This document shows, piece by piece, positions 17,747 to 26,965 of a stretch of DNA of 64,000 nucleotides. A model generated the notes under the pieces. It searched no databases and was not told the DNA's origin. It worked only from the letters and a program-made list of their open reading frames with translations. Position numbers and translations under genes: made by a program. The DNA is taken from positions 19,318 through 83,317 of the forward strand of contig JBDLJD010000001.1 in assembly GCA_039714495.1 (NCBI GenBank), in the 5' to 3' direction. Within the stretch, counting starts at the first letter, position 1; every line of letters begins with the position of its first letter. This stretch comes from Thermodesulfobacteriota bacterium. Its GTDB lineage: Bacteria > Desulfobacterota > Desulfobacteria > Desulfobacterales > B30-G6.

Positions 17747-18829
17747 TTAAAATAGGAGTTTACATTTTTGGGGATTTAAAAATAGGTAAATTTCCTGTCC
17801 TTCTTCCTGAGGTAAGTAATGCGATATCTGCACGCGCACCTTTGTGCCGTTCATGCTGACAAAGAGGTACAGAAAGTTACCCAGATAGGCTTTATTGTCA
17901 ATGGTACCCTTGAATACATTTTGTTTTTCCTGCGGTGGATCCGCAAATACTTCCACATCCTCGGGGCGTATCGATGCATATGCTGCCTCGCCGGGTTTGG
18001 CTTCGCCTGAATGCGGTATCTTACACAACAGTTTATCGCTGAAGTCAGTGCGGACGGAAACCTGCTCCTTATCCTGAAATACCTGGGTAATTTCTCCGGA
18101 AATAAAGTTCATGGTGCCGATAAAATCAGCCACAAACCGATCCGCGGGCTGTTCGTAAATCTCCTGTGCTGAACCGAGCTGGACGACATTGCCTGCATTC
18201 ATTACCGCAATACGGTCTGAAATCACCATGGCCTCCGCCTGATCGTGGGTGACATATACCGATGTGATACCCATTCGTCTTACCAGACTCTTAATTTCAA
18301 ATCGCAACTCTTCCCTGAGTTTGGCATCTAGGTTGCTCAACGGCTCGTCCAACAACAATACTTTGGGGTTTCTCACCAGGGCCCTAGCCAGAGCTACTCG
18401 TTGCTGTTGCCCCCCGCTCAGCTGGGAAGGGTATCTGTCTTCCAGGCCACCCAAACCCACCAGATCAAGTACGTTGCGTACCTTTTCACGGATCTCTTTT
18501 TTCGATATCTTCTGAAGTTTCAAGCCATAGGCAACATTATTGAAAACCTTCATGTGCGGCCACACCGCATAGTTTTGGAATACCATGCCAATGCCTCTTT
18601 TTGATGGTTGGACAAACCCTTTTGACAGCAACGACTTTCCGTCGATGACGATATCGCCATCCTCGGGTTTCTCCAATCCGGCAATACAACGCAGTGTGGT
18701 CGTCTTCCCGCATCCGCTGGGTCCCAGCAGCGTCAACATTTCTCCTTTTTCGATATCGAGCTGGATACTATTCACTGCCACGACGTCTTTATAACGCTTG
18801 AGCAGGCTTTTAATTTCTATAAAGGCCAT
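17747..18829 (-). CDS. ABC transporter ATP-binding protein (FbpC/PotA-like with C-terminal TOBE-type domain)
   Basis: Walker A GPSGCGKTT, signature LSGGQQQRVALARA, Walker B LLLDEP. 360 aa. Confidence 0.85.
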   Translation of the reverse strand: MAFIEIKSLLKRYKDVVAVNSIQLDIEKGEMLTLLGPSGCGKTTTLRCIAGLEKPEDGDIVIDGKSLLSKGFVQPSKRGIGMVFQNYAVWPHMKVFNNVAYGLKLQKISKKEIREKVRNVLDLVGLGGLEDRYPSQLSGGQQQRVALARALVRNPKVLLLDEPLSNLDAKLREELRFEIKSLVRRMGITSVYVTHDQAEAMVISDRIAVMNAGNVVQLGSAQEIYEQPADRFVADFIGTMNFISGEITQVFQDKEQVSVRTDFSDKLLCKIPHSGEAKPGEAAYASIRPEDVEVFADPPQEKQNVFKGTIDNKAYLGNFLYLFVSMNGTKVRVQISHYLPQEEGQEIYLFLNPQKCKLLF

Positions 18830-18927
18830 GAAAACTTTCTCCTTGAAACGGCGCTATCGCTACGATATTGCGTATAATAACAATTCATTATCTATTCTTT
18901 GCCATGTTGTTTATGCAACTATGGGGT

Positions 18928-20601
18928 TTAGTCGGCAGCCCCCCAAGCAGCCTTGAGAACCCCCCCGCTGATTCTTGATATGATCAGGAGAAGGATGAAG
19001 GTGATGACGATCATTAAAAAGGCCATGGCCGCGGCAATACCGAATTCCATGCCGCGATGCCAGTTCAAATAGATACCGATGGGTAGTGTTTCCCATCCCC
19101 CCCGATAAAGAAATACCGCTGTTGAGATCTCCTGGAATGCCATGATAAAAAACATCACCACACCCACCAGAACGCCTTTGAGCAGCAAGGGGAGCGAAAT
19201 ATGAAAAAAGGTGTGGACTTTACCGGCTCCGGAAACTTCCGAGGCCTCCTCAAGAGATGGATCCAGCTGTAAATAGGAGGCGTGTGCCATCCGTAAAAAA
19301 TAGGGAAGGCGTCTTGCAAATAAGGCCAAGGGCATGATGATCCAATAGGTTGCCAAGGGGATGGTATCCCAGAAAGCCAAAAGATAACTGACACCAATCG
19401 CAATGCCGGGAAATGCCAGCATCAGGGTAATCACAAAGTCGAGGGCATCTTTACCCCGGACACGTGTTCTGACAATGATATAGGCTACGGGAAGTCCAAA
19501 GGAAACCCCGAGAATCAAGGCAATTCCACTGAAGAGGAAAGAGTTTTTTATCAGGCCTGGACTCTGCAGCAGGATAACCCTGAAGTTTTCAAGGGTCCAA
19601 TAGGTAGGAAAGGCCTCAAATACCCATCTCCTGGAAAAAGCAGCCAGACCTAAAACGACCGGAATCAGCAAGACCAGGAATGAGATAAAAATCATGTATA
19701 CATAGGCGCAGGCTTTCATGACAGGACCCGGGTTGATCACCCGACCCTCGGAGGTCGTCCCCTTGGAAAGACCGGTATACTTGCGCTTTTCAACCCACCA
19801 CCGGGCAAGCAGAAACAGAGAAATGCATACTATGGACGACACCACCACCGCTACGATTCCCATATATTTGCGGTGTATATCGGTAAAATGATAGGCGATG
19901 TTGATATAGGACACCGAGGGCAGGATATCCACCTGTCCCAGAATAAGGGGTGTCAGCCAGTCTGTGAAAGGCCATAAAAATACCAGAACAGCACCCGCCA
20001 GATAACTGGGTGTGCAGAGCGGCAGGGAGATGGTGAAAAACCGGCGAATTCCTCCAGCCCCTTCTACTTCGGCGGCTTCTTCAAATGAGGGATCGATGTT
20101 GGTGAACCCTGCCGAAAGACCCAAAACAATAAAGGGCAGCATGTGCAGGGATTGGATGAATACCAATCCATGGATCCCATATATAAAGTTGATGGGCTTC
20201 TCGATCAGTCCGATATCCATCAGGAGCAGATTCAGTGTGCCGTACTTGCCGAAAAAAATGATGAATGCAAATACACCGGCAAAGGCAGGCAAAACAATGG
20301 GTAACAAAATCAATGCCGTGAAAACAGTCTTGCCCCAGTGCTGGTACCGTGCCAGAATATACGCCAGCGGAATACCGAACACGGTGGTGGTAAGCAACAG
20401 TAAAGTGCTCAGAAGCAAGGTATTGCCAAAACACTTTAAATAATAGGTGTCCTTGAAAAACTCCAGATAGTTGCCGAGGCCCCGGGCGTCGGTTCCGGAG
20501 ATTTTAAAGCTTTCTCCCACCAGGATTGACAACGGATAAATTACAAGAAAGGCAATTACAAGCCACAAGAATGCCGCTAAATAGGTATGCCCCCTAAACA
20601 T
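18928..20601 (-). CDS. ABC transporter permease, duplicated two-domain type (FbpB/ThiP-like)
   Basis: 557 aa with about 12 hydrophobic segments. Two EAA-like loops (FEEAAEVEGAGGIRRF and LEEASEVSGAGKVHTF). Confidence 0.85.
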   Translation of the reverse strand: MFRGHTYLAAFLWLVIAFLVIYPLSILVGESFKISGTDARGLGNYLEFFKDTYYLKCFGNTLLLSTLLLLTTTVFGIPLAYILARYQHWGKTVFTALILLPIVLPAFAGVFAFIIFFGKYGTLNLLLMDIGLIEKPINFIYGIHGLVFIQSLHMLPFIVLGLSAGFTNIDPSFEEAAEVEGAGGIRRFFTISLPLCTPSYLAGAVLVFLWPFTDWLTPLILGQVDILPSVSYINIAYHFTDIHRKYMGIVAVVVSSIVCISLFLLARWWVEKRKYTGLSKGTTSEGRVINPGPVMKACAYVYMIFISFLVLLIPVVLGLAAFSRRWVFEAFPTYWTLENFRVILLQSPGLIKNSFLFSGIALILGVSFGLPVAYIIVRTRVRGKDALDFVITLMLAFPGIAIGVSYLLAFWDTIPLATYWIIMPLALFARRLPYFLRMAHASYLQLDPSLEEASEVSGAGKVHTFFHISLPLLLKGVLVGVVMFFIMAFQEISTAVFLYRGGWETLPIGIYLNWHRGMEFGIAAAMAFLMIVITFILLLIISRISGGVLKAAWGAAD

Positions 20602-20695
20602 ATCACATCCTTACGTAGCAATAGAAATCTGTGTGGACAAAACCATGTTTGTCCACACAGATATATCGGATTAAGAACCTTGGTCCAGTCAGTCT

Positions 20696-21997
20696 TTATG
20701 GGGAGACCAGCAGAGCGCGTGCCTTTGACGCGGCCAACCTTGCCGCTGCGTACTTGCCCTGGTATTCAAATAGTTCCCGGGCTTCTTTTATTTTAGCCTC
20801 GGCCTTGGCCACACTCATGTTCTCAGCTTTGGCCACAGCTATTTCACCTTCCACTTCTTCAATCAGGAACAGACTGCTTTTCAGTTTGCCCCATTTGCGG
20901 TAGATTTCATATTCATATTTTTTATTGACCTCGTCCCATCTCGAAGCAGCCAAATCCAGGTCGTATTCGATGAACCCGACTTTCAGATCCCAGAAAGAAT
21001 CAACGCCTAAGGCTTTCTTGGCGTGTTTGGCCATTTCGACGCCTTCCTTTTCCCACACGGAGAATTTGATGTCTTTTCTGGCAGCAAAGTAGCGACCCTC
21101 CAGAACAGATTTTTGCCCGTCCATACTGAAAAGCCAGTCCAGAAAAATCTTGCCTACCTTTTCATTGGGCGCGCCCTTCAATAGCGCCACCGCTTCCGGT
21201 ACCAGGATGGTTTTTTCAGGTAACAGATCGCGTACGGGATAGCCGTCCTTACGCGCGGCCATGGCGTTCATTTGCGGCTGAGCGATGCCGATAGGGGCCT
21301 CACCGCGGGCCGTTAGCTGGGTCGTATCGGTACTACCGGTGGAAAAACGGGCCAATTGTGCCGCCAAAAGCCGCAGGTATCTCCAGGCCTCCTTTTCTCC
21401 GAAGCCCTGAATTAAGATTTCAATGGTTTCATGCATGGTTCCGGATGCATAAGGTAATGTATGTACGATGTTTCCACGGTATATGGGATTTAACAGATCA
21501 TGCCAGGTTTTTGGGGGGGGCAGTCTCAATTTTTTCAAAACCTTTTGGTTGTACAGATTGGTGACAATCCAGGGTGCAAAACAGGTCCAGTAATCATCCT
21601 GATCCTTTACCTTCATGCCGCCCCATTTGGCTGGCACCATATCCCAATCTTTTGGTCTGTAGGGAACGATCAAGCCCTCTTTCTTGGCAATTTCATGGGC
21701 CGGAGCACCGGCACCCAAAAAAATATCGGCATCCGGTTTTCCACCCCACAGCCTTACCTTATCAAGACACACCGGCCAACCGCCCGGTTTTACGAATGTG
21801 ATATCCACATCCTTGCCATAGGTCTTTTTATAATAGGCCTTAAATCCCCTTGTCAGGCTCTCGGCCAACTCCGTGTAAACCGGTCCGACCCAGCCGAGTT
21901 TGTCCGCGGCCTGCGCATCCGGCCCGGGTACCGCCAAAAACATGAGCGCCATACACAGAAAAATAAAACCAATTTTTACTGAGCTCGTCATCCTCAT
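20696..21997 (-). CDS. ABC transporter periplasmic substrate-binding protein (family 1, Fe3+/Afu-type) with C-terminal helical extension
   Basis: Signal peptide MRMTSSVKIGFIFLCMALMFLAVPGPDAQA. Start ATG 21997 is preceded by GGAGG 5 nt upstream. An extra ~90-aa Ala/Lys/Glu-rich C-terminus is present. Confidence 0.8.
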   Translation of the reverse strand: MRMTSSVKIGFIFLCMALMFLAVPGPDAQAADKLGWVGPVYTELAESLTRGFKAYYKKTYGKDVDITFVKPGGWPVCLDKVRLWGGKPDADIFLGAGAPAHEIAKKEGLIVPYRPKDWDMVPAKWGGMKVKDQDDYWTCFAPWIVTNLYNQKVLKKLRLPPPKTWHDLLNPIYRGNIVHTLPYASGTMHETIEILIQGFGEKEAWRYLRLLAAQLARFSTGSTDTTQLTARGEAPIGIAQPQMNAMAARKDGYPVRDLLPEKTILVPEAVALLKGAPNEKVGKIFLDWLFSMDGQKSVLEGRYFAARKDIKFSVWEKEGVEMAKHAKKALGVDSFWDLKVGFIEYDLDLAASRWDEVNKKYEYEIYRKWGKLKSSLFLIEEVEGEIAVAKAENMSVAKAEAKIKEARELFEYQGKYAAARLAASKARALLVSP

Positions 21998-22458
21998 GGT
22001 AACCTCCTTTTTTGTTATGGGTCGCAATTCTGGAACAAAGAATGGGTCACGTTCTTCAGAGGTAAAAATGTTTTAAGCCTTTAGGGAACTATCCGTTCAC
22101 CATAAAGCTTCTAACACTACAGCACTTTTAACAAGGATAGAAAGTTAACGCTCGCTAGTTATGGCAGTACGTGCCAAAAATATGGGCCGACGTTTGAAGA
22201 GATTACGATAATTGCTGGTAAAAAAATACTATATCGTGAGACCATTTCTTGTCAAATACTAAACAGTACGTTGCCTAATTTTCTTGATGCCGTACATAGC
22301 GGCATCACGATCTCTTGGGTGTGCGTTTTTTTCGAGGGCTCGAAAATAGACAATCTACTTGATTTATAGTAAATATGTGCTATGTGAATAATCCTGCAAA
22401 GAGGTCATTAATCATAGTGCCATGCTTTACTCTGGCATCTTTTTCAAAGAAGGAGGAT

Positions 22459-23526
22459 ATGATGCAAACAACCGTTACAAAATCCCAGACATTGAAACCT
22501 AAACCGGATGAGACCAACCTCGGTTTCGGCACCATATTCACCGATCACATGTTCAACATGGATTACGGCGTTGAAAAGGGGTGGCACAATCCCAGAATCG
22601 AGCCTTATGCCTCCATCCCTATGGACCCCTCCACGATGGTGCTGCACTATGGCCAGGGGGTGTTCGAAGGGTTGAAAGCCTACCGTACCGACGCGGGCGG
22701 CGTACAGCTTTTCCGGCCCCTGGACAATTTCAAGCGTATGAACCGCTCTTCCAAACTGCTCTGCATTCCCGAGCACGACGAGGCCGTTGCCCTGGATGCG
22801 CTCAAACAGCTTTTGACCATCGAAAAGAACTGGGTTCCCAGTCAGCCGGGAACCAGCCTCTACATCCGGCCCACCATTGTAGCCACCGATCCCTTTCTGG
22901 GGGTGCGTGCATCCTTTACCTACCGGTTTTTCATCATTTTATCCCCCGTGGGCGCCTATTATCCCGAAGGGTTCAACCCGGTTAAGATCCTGGTTTCAAA
23001 AGACCATGTAAGGGCTGTCAGGGGGGGGGTCGGCGAGGCCAAAACCATGGGCAATTATGCCGCCAGCCTGCTGGCCGGCGACAAGGCCCATGATGAAGGC
23101 TACACACAGGTCCTCTGGCTGGACGGGGTGGAGCAGAAATATATCGAGGAAGTCGGTTCCATGAACATCTTTTTCGTTATTGACGACGAAATCGTCACCC
23201 CCGAGCTTAGCGGCAGCATCCTGCCCGGCATCACCCGCAACTCGGTCATCCGGCTGGCCCAGCACTGGGGCATAAAGGTCACCGAAAGAAAAATCAGCAT
23301 CGATGAAGTCATGCAGGCCCAGGCTTCGGGCAAGCTGTCGGAAATATTCGGATCCGGAACGGCGGCCGTGGTCTCACCCGTGGGTGAACTCAAATACGGA
23401 GACAAGGTTATCCCCATCGGCGACGGTAATGTCGGACCGGTTGCCCAGCGCCTTTTCGATGCCATTCAGGATATTCAGTACGGCAAAATCGAAGACCCCA
23501 TGGGATGGATCGAGCCGGTCGTATAA
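22459..23526 (+). CDS. ilvE: branched-chain amino acid aminotransferase (class IV, long form)
   Basis: MMQTTVTKS...GFGTIFTDHMF, YGQGVFEGLKAY, GGVGEAKTMGNYAAS. Start 22459 is preceded by aGGAGGa. The track start at 22375 is an upstream extension. Confidence 0.9.
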   Translation: MMQTTVTKSQTLKPKPDETNLGFGTIFTDHMFNMDYGVEKGWHNPRIEPYASIPMDPSTMVLHYGQGVFEGLKAYRTDAGGVQLFRPLDNFKRMNRSSKLLCIPEHDEAVALDALKQLLTIEKNWVPSQPGTSLYIRPTIVATDPFLGVRASFTYRFFIILSPVGAYYPEGFNPVKILVSKDHVRAVRGGVGEAKTMGNYAASLLAGDKAHDEGYTQVLWLDGVEQKYIEEVGSMNIFFVIDDEIVTPELSGSILPGITRNSVIRLAQHWGIKVTERKISIDEVMQAQASGKLSEIFGSGTAAVVSPVGELKYGDKVIPIGDGNVGPVAQRLFDAIQDIQYGKIEDPMGWIEPVV

Positions 23527-23538
23527 GCCCCATAAAAA

Positions 23539-23566
23539 CCACAAAGGCACAAAGGATACAAAGAAG
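23539..23566 (+). repeat. CACAAAG short tandem array (ccacaaaggcacaaaggatacaaagaag)
   Basis: Three CACAAAG-type units directly after the ilvE stop. A 25/27-identical copy in inverted orientation lies at 60766-60792. Confidence 0.75.
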
Positions 23567-23573
23567 AATTTTC

Positions 23574-23649
23574 ATCACGAAATCACGAAAAGATGAAAAC
23601 ACGAAAGAACGTATTATTTCGTGCATTTTGAATTTCGTGTTTTCGTGAT
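23574..23649. repeat. CACGAAA/TTTCGTG palindromic repeat (copy 3 of 3)
   Basis: atcacgaaatcacgaaaagatgaaaacacgaaagaacgtattatttcgtgcattttgaatttcgtgttttcgtgat. Confidence 0.8.
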
Positions 23650-23677
23650 TCTTTTTTCATCCAAACGGAGAAATGCC

Positions 23678-25063
23678 ATGCCCACTCTGAATAACAATCT
23701 GTCCGCTTTTGTCGAAAAGATGGAAAAGGCCGGATTGGCGCCTCCGGTCATCGAAACCTTTTGCCATTATTATCGCCAGGTCATCGCCGGTGAGACCGGG
23801 CTTATGCCGGAAAGCGATATCGCACCCATACCGCCAGAAGAGGTTCAGGCGGCTGACACACTTTCAAAGTACAGGAGCGCGGGCCAAAAAGCCCTCAAGA
23901 AATCAGCTATCGTCGTTCTCAACGGCGGATTGGGAACCAGCATGGGCCTGACCCGGGCCAAATCGCTCATCAAGGTGAAAGACGGGCTGTCGTTTCTGGA
24001 AATAAAGTTGAGGCAATCCGAAAAAACAGGGGCCCGTCTGGTTCTCATGAACTCCTTCAACACCCATGCGGACACCCTTAAGGTCCTGGCTGATATCCCC
24101 AAAACGACGGATCCGCTCTGTTTCGTACAAAATAAATTCCCTAAAATATCCCGAGCCGATTTCAGCCCGGCATCCTGGCCCAACAATCCGGAATTGGAGT
24201 GGAACCCGCCCGGACATGGCGACATTTACATTGCCCTGTACGCTTCGGGCCTGCTTGAAAAGCTGCTGGAACAAGGCATTGCCTACGCCTTTATCTCCAA
24301 TTCAGACAACCTTGGTGCAACCCTGGATCCATCCCTTTTGGGGTACGTTTCCTCCCTTAAGCTGCCCTTCATGATGGAGGTTGCCCGGCGCACACCTGCC
24401 GACCGCAAAGGGGGCCACATCGCCCGTCACAAAGACGGCCGTATTATCTTAAGGGAAATCGCCCAGTGCCCGGAAGATGAGATCAAAGCCTTTCAGGACA
24501 TCCGGCGCTACGCACACTTCAACACCAACAATATCTGGGTAAACCTGTCTCAATTGTATGCGCTCATCCAAAAAAAGGGCGCCCTCAAGCTGCCCATCAT
24601 TATGAACCCCAAGCCCCTCGATCCCCGCAACGAAAGCAGTCCCAAGGTGTATCAGGTCGAAACGGCCATGGGGTCGGCCATATCTCTTTTCAAGCAGGCT
24701 GCCGTGACCCAAATATCTGATGATCGCTTCTATCCGGTAAAAAATTGCACCGACCTTTTGGCCATACAGTCCGATTGCTATCATATGACCCCGGACTTCA
24801 ACGTCGTGAAAAACCCCGCCAGACAATTAAACCGCATTCAGATCAGCCTCGATCCGGTGTTTTTCGGAAACATCGACATGTACAACGCGCGCTTCAGCCA
24901 CGGGGTTCCCAGCCTGGTGGAATGCGCATCCCTGGATATTTCCGGCGATATTTTTTTTGAAGGAAATGTAGTGATCAAGGGAAGGGTGGCCATAAAAAAC
25001 CAGTCCAACACGCCAGTCGTCGTGAAACAGGGTACCGTCATCGAGAACGACCTCATGCTCTGA
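23678..25063 (+). CDS. UTP--glucose-1-phosphate (UDP-sugar) uridylyltransferase, eukaryote-type UDPGP family
   Basis: VLNGGLGTSMG, LMNSFNTHADT, NPPGHGD. Start 23678 (MPTLNNN) follows acGGAG. The track start at 23621 lies inside the palindromic repeat. Confidence 0.8.
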   Translation: MPTLNNNLSAFVEKMEKAGLAPPVIETFCHYYRQVIAGETGLMPESDIAPIPPEEVQAADTLSKYRSAGQKALKKSAIVVLNGGLGTSMGLTRAKSLIKVKDGLSFLEIKLRQSEKTGARLVLMNSFNTHADTLKVLADIPKTTDPLCFVQNKFPKISRADFSPASWPNNPELEWNPPGHGDIYIALYASGLLEKLLEQGIAYAFISNSDNLGATLDPSLLGYVSSLKLPFMMEVARRTPADRKGGHIARHKDGRIILREIAQCPEDEIKAFQDIRRYAHFNTNNIWVNLSQLYALIQKKGALKLPIIMNPKPLDPRNESSPKVYQVETAMGSAISLFKQAAVTQISDDRFYPVKNCTDLLAIQSDCYHMTPDFNVVKNPARQLNRIQISLDPVFFGNIDMYNARFSHGVPSLVECASLDISGDIFFEGNVVIKGRVAIKNQSNTPVVVKQGTVIENDLML

Positions 25064-25260
25064 TACTACAGAAACACCTATGTTCTGGACAATATCGACA
25101 AAATCGGTTATTATAGGGTACGTTTTAATACTGTTCTAGACTCTGAACGCTATTGATTGAACGTACCCTCTGCTCCAGCAGCTTCAATTCCTCTCTTTGG
25201 TAATTGGCACGTTTGTATCGGAACAAAACAACAACAACAACCGGTATAGGAGGTGTCATT

Positions 25261-26145
25261 ATGAAAATCAGTTTTAAAAACATTCTGTGCACCACGGATC
25301 TGTCGGACCATTCCAACACCGCCATGACATACGGTGCGGCGCTGGCCAAAGAATTCAACGCCAAGTTGTACGTCTGTCACGTTGTCGATCTGACAGCCAC
25401 CGTGGCATACGGAGAGGTGCTTTTCGCACCCATCGAGATTCAAGATAAAACCGTTACCTTTGCCAGAGAACAGATCGAGGACAACATGCGTTTGGCATCT
25501 TTTGACTGGGAGGCACTGATCTCCATCGGTCACCCGGCCGATGAAATTACCGGTATGGTGGCCGAACACGCCATCGACCTGGTGATTTCAGCCACCCAGG
25601 GACGCACCGGCCTAAAACGGGTCATCCTAGGGTCGGTTACCGGAAGGCTCATGCGTTCTCTGGAATGCCCCTTTTTAATTGTCCGCAGCCTGGAAAACGG
25701 TCGGGTTTCCATGTTCAAGCGCATAGTGGTGGGTTGCGACTTTTCAGAGGATTCCAACCTGGCTTTTCAATACGGGCTCAGCCTGGCCCAGGAATTTGAA
25801 TCGGAGCTCCACCTGGTGCATGTCATGGAAACCACTGATTATAAGGATTTGGTAAAAAGTGAAGTGGGGGCGGATGCTGAAAACCCCGAACACGAAGAAA
25901 AGAGGGAACAGTTGCGACGCATGCTGCCGGAAGAATCCTACAATTGGTGTCAGCCCAAACTGGTTATATTGGCCGGCAGGCCTTTTGAAGAAATTACCAA
26001 ATACGCTCTGTTCAACCAGATGGACCTGATCGTTTTGGGTATTAGGGGCCACAACCTCATCGAGACCCTGCTGGCCGGTTCCACCACAGACCGGGTATCC
26101 CGCCAATCTCCATGCCCGGTTCTTTCGGTCTGCCCTATGGCATAG
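25261..26145 (+). CDS. universal stress protein, tandem UspA domains
   Basis: Two Usp repeats (ILCTTDLSD...LVISATQGRTGLKRVILGSVT and IVVGCDFSE...LIVLGIRGHN...LAGSTTDRV). Start is preceded by aGGAGGt. Confidence 0.85.
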   Translation: MKISFKNILCTTDLSDHSNTAMTYGAALAKEFNAKLYVCHVVDLTATVAYGEVLFAPIEIQDKTVTFAREQIEDNMRLASFDWEALISIGHPADEITGMVAEHAIDLVISATQGRTGLKRVILGSVTGRLMRSLECPFLIVRSLENGRVSMFKRIVVGCDFSEDSNLAFQYGLSLAQEFESELHLVHVMETTDYKDLVKSEVGADAENPEHEEKREQLRRMLPEESYNWCQPKLVILAGRPFEEITKYALFNQMDLIVLGIRGHNLIETLLAGSTTDRVSRQSPCPVLSVCPMA

Positions 26146-26214
26146 CAATGTGGCCGGCCTTGCTGCGACGGGTATTCAGGATTATGTTGCCTTCGAATCT
26201 TCTATAGATATTGA

Positions 26215-26240
26215 ATAACATCGCCGCGAGGCGATGTTAT
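26215..26240. terminator. 11-bp stem / GCGA-loop hairpin between convergent usp and pspC
   Basis: ataacatcgcc-gcga-ggcgatgttat. Overlaps the pspC stop codon (26237-26239). Confidence 0.5.
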
Positions 26241-26620
26241 GTGTGGAACTTCCGCTCCCAGTCGAATTCCCTGGCCGTGACCGTGTCCTCCATACGGCGA
26301 ATACGCCGCTCGAGATTCTGAAACCGCCGTTTCAGGCGCCCCACGGCCCTGGCCCGCGAATAGGTATAGCTGTCGTAAAACTCTCTTTCATCTTCGGTTT
26401 CAAGGGGCCGTATGGGTTCCGGCTTCATCAGCAGAGAGGCCACGAGGTAGATAAAAACCATGGGCCAGATGCCGCTGACCAGGAACAGGGCAAGCATTAT
26501 GACGCGCACCCAGAACACCTTGAGGTTGAAGTAGTCTGCCACCCCCCGGCACACGCCGAGGATAACGCCGTCCCTTGAGCGGTACAGCGGTCCCTGATAT
26601 CTATGTCTCCATCTTCTCAT
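26237..26620 (-). CDS. pspC: envelope stress response membrane protein PspC
   Basis: PspC domain LYRSRDGVILGVCRGVADYF followed by a TM helix. Overlaps pspB by 4 nt. Confidence 0.85.
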   Translation of the reverse strand: MRRWRHRYQGPLYRSRDGVILGVCRGVADYFNLKVFWVRVIMLALFLVSGIWPMVFIYLVASLLMKPEPIRPLETEDEREFYDSYTYSRARAVGRLKRRFQNLERRIRRMEDTVTAREFDWERKFHT

Positions 26621-26865
26621 GACGGTCGATCCTTTCTATGGTAGTCCATCAAAATGGTTTCAAGGCTCTCCACCCGCTTTTCCATTTCCTGAAACCCCTG
26701 GTACAGTTCCTGGATCAGACGGGCCTCTTCGGCCTGATCTTTTCGACTTTTGGCCGACAGGCCGCCCTGCCGCATGCGCATTCCCATGAGAATTGTCCCG
26801 GCAATGATGGCAATACACATGACGAATCCGCCGAAAACAATGGCAACAATGAGCACTGGGGTCAT
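26617..26865 (-). CDS. pspB: phage shock protein B
   Basis: 82 aa with a single N-terminal TM helix, then EEARLIQELYQGFQEMEKRVESLETIL, colinear with E. coli PspB. Sits between pspA and pspC. Confidence 0.75.
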   Translation of the reverse strand: MTPVLIVAIVFGGFVMCIAIIAGTILMGMRMRQGGLSAKSRKDQAEEARLIQELYQGFQEMEKRVESLETILMDYHRKDRPS

Positions 26866-26965
26866 ACTCTCTCCTAGCTGGGCTTTTCAATGATACTTAA
26901 TAAAAACCGTATCACATTTCATAGAAAATTCAGGTGAAGGGGTTTTAGCGGCTTATGAATTATTC

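Noticed and set aside
22028-22458. Riboswitch (for example TPP) in the 430-bp gap upstream of the ABC transporter operon and ilvE
   Set aside because: I could not find CUGAGA/ACCUGA or any other riboswitch core on either strand. A TGGCAC...TGC on the minus strand has GG-N8-GC spacing, which is wrong for sigma54. The region is left unannotated.
23621-23677. Upstream extensions of ORF-track starts (23621, 22375, 5320, 6377, 16833, 41041, 60787, 25204)
   Set aside because: The extensions translate palindromic repeat or leader sequence, lack an SD, or overlap the upstream gene. Internal ATGs with good SDs and family-typical N-termini were preferred.
25205-25220. sigma54-like TGGCAC upstream of the usp gene (and a similar TGGCAC at 59203-59218)
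   Set aside because: The -12 element fails. The position 10 nt after GG reads TC (or GT at the second site) instead of GC.
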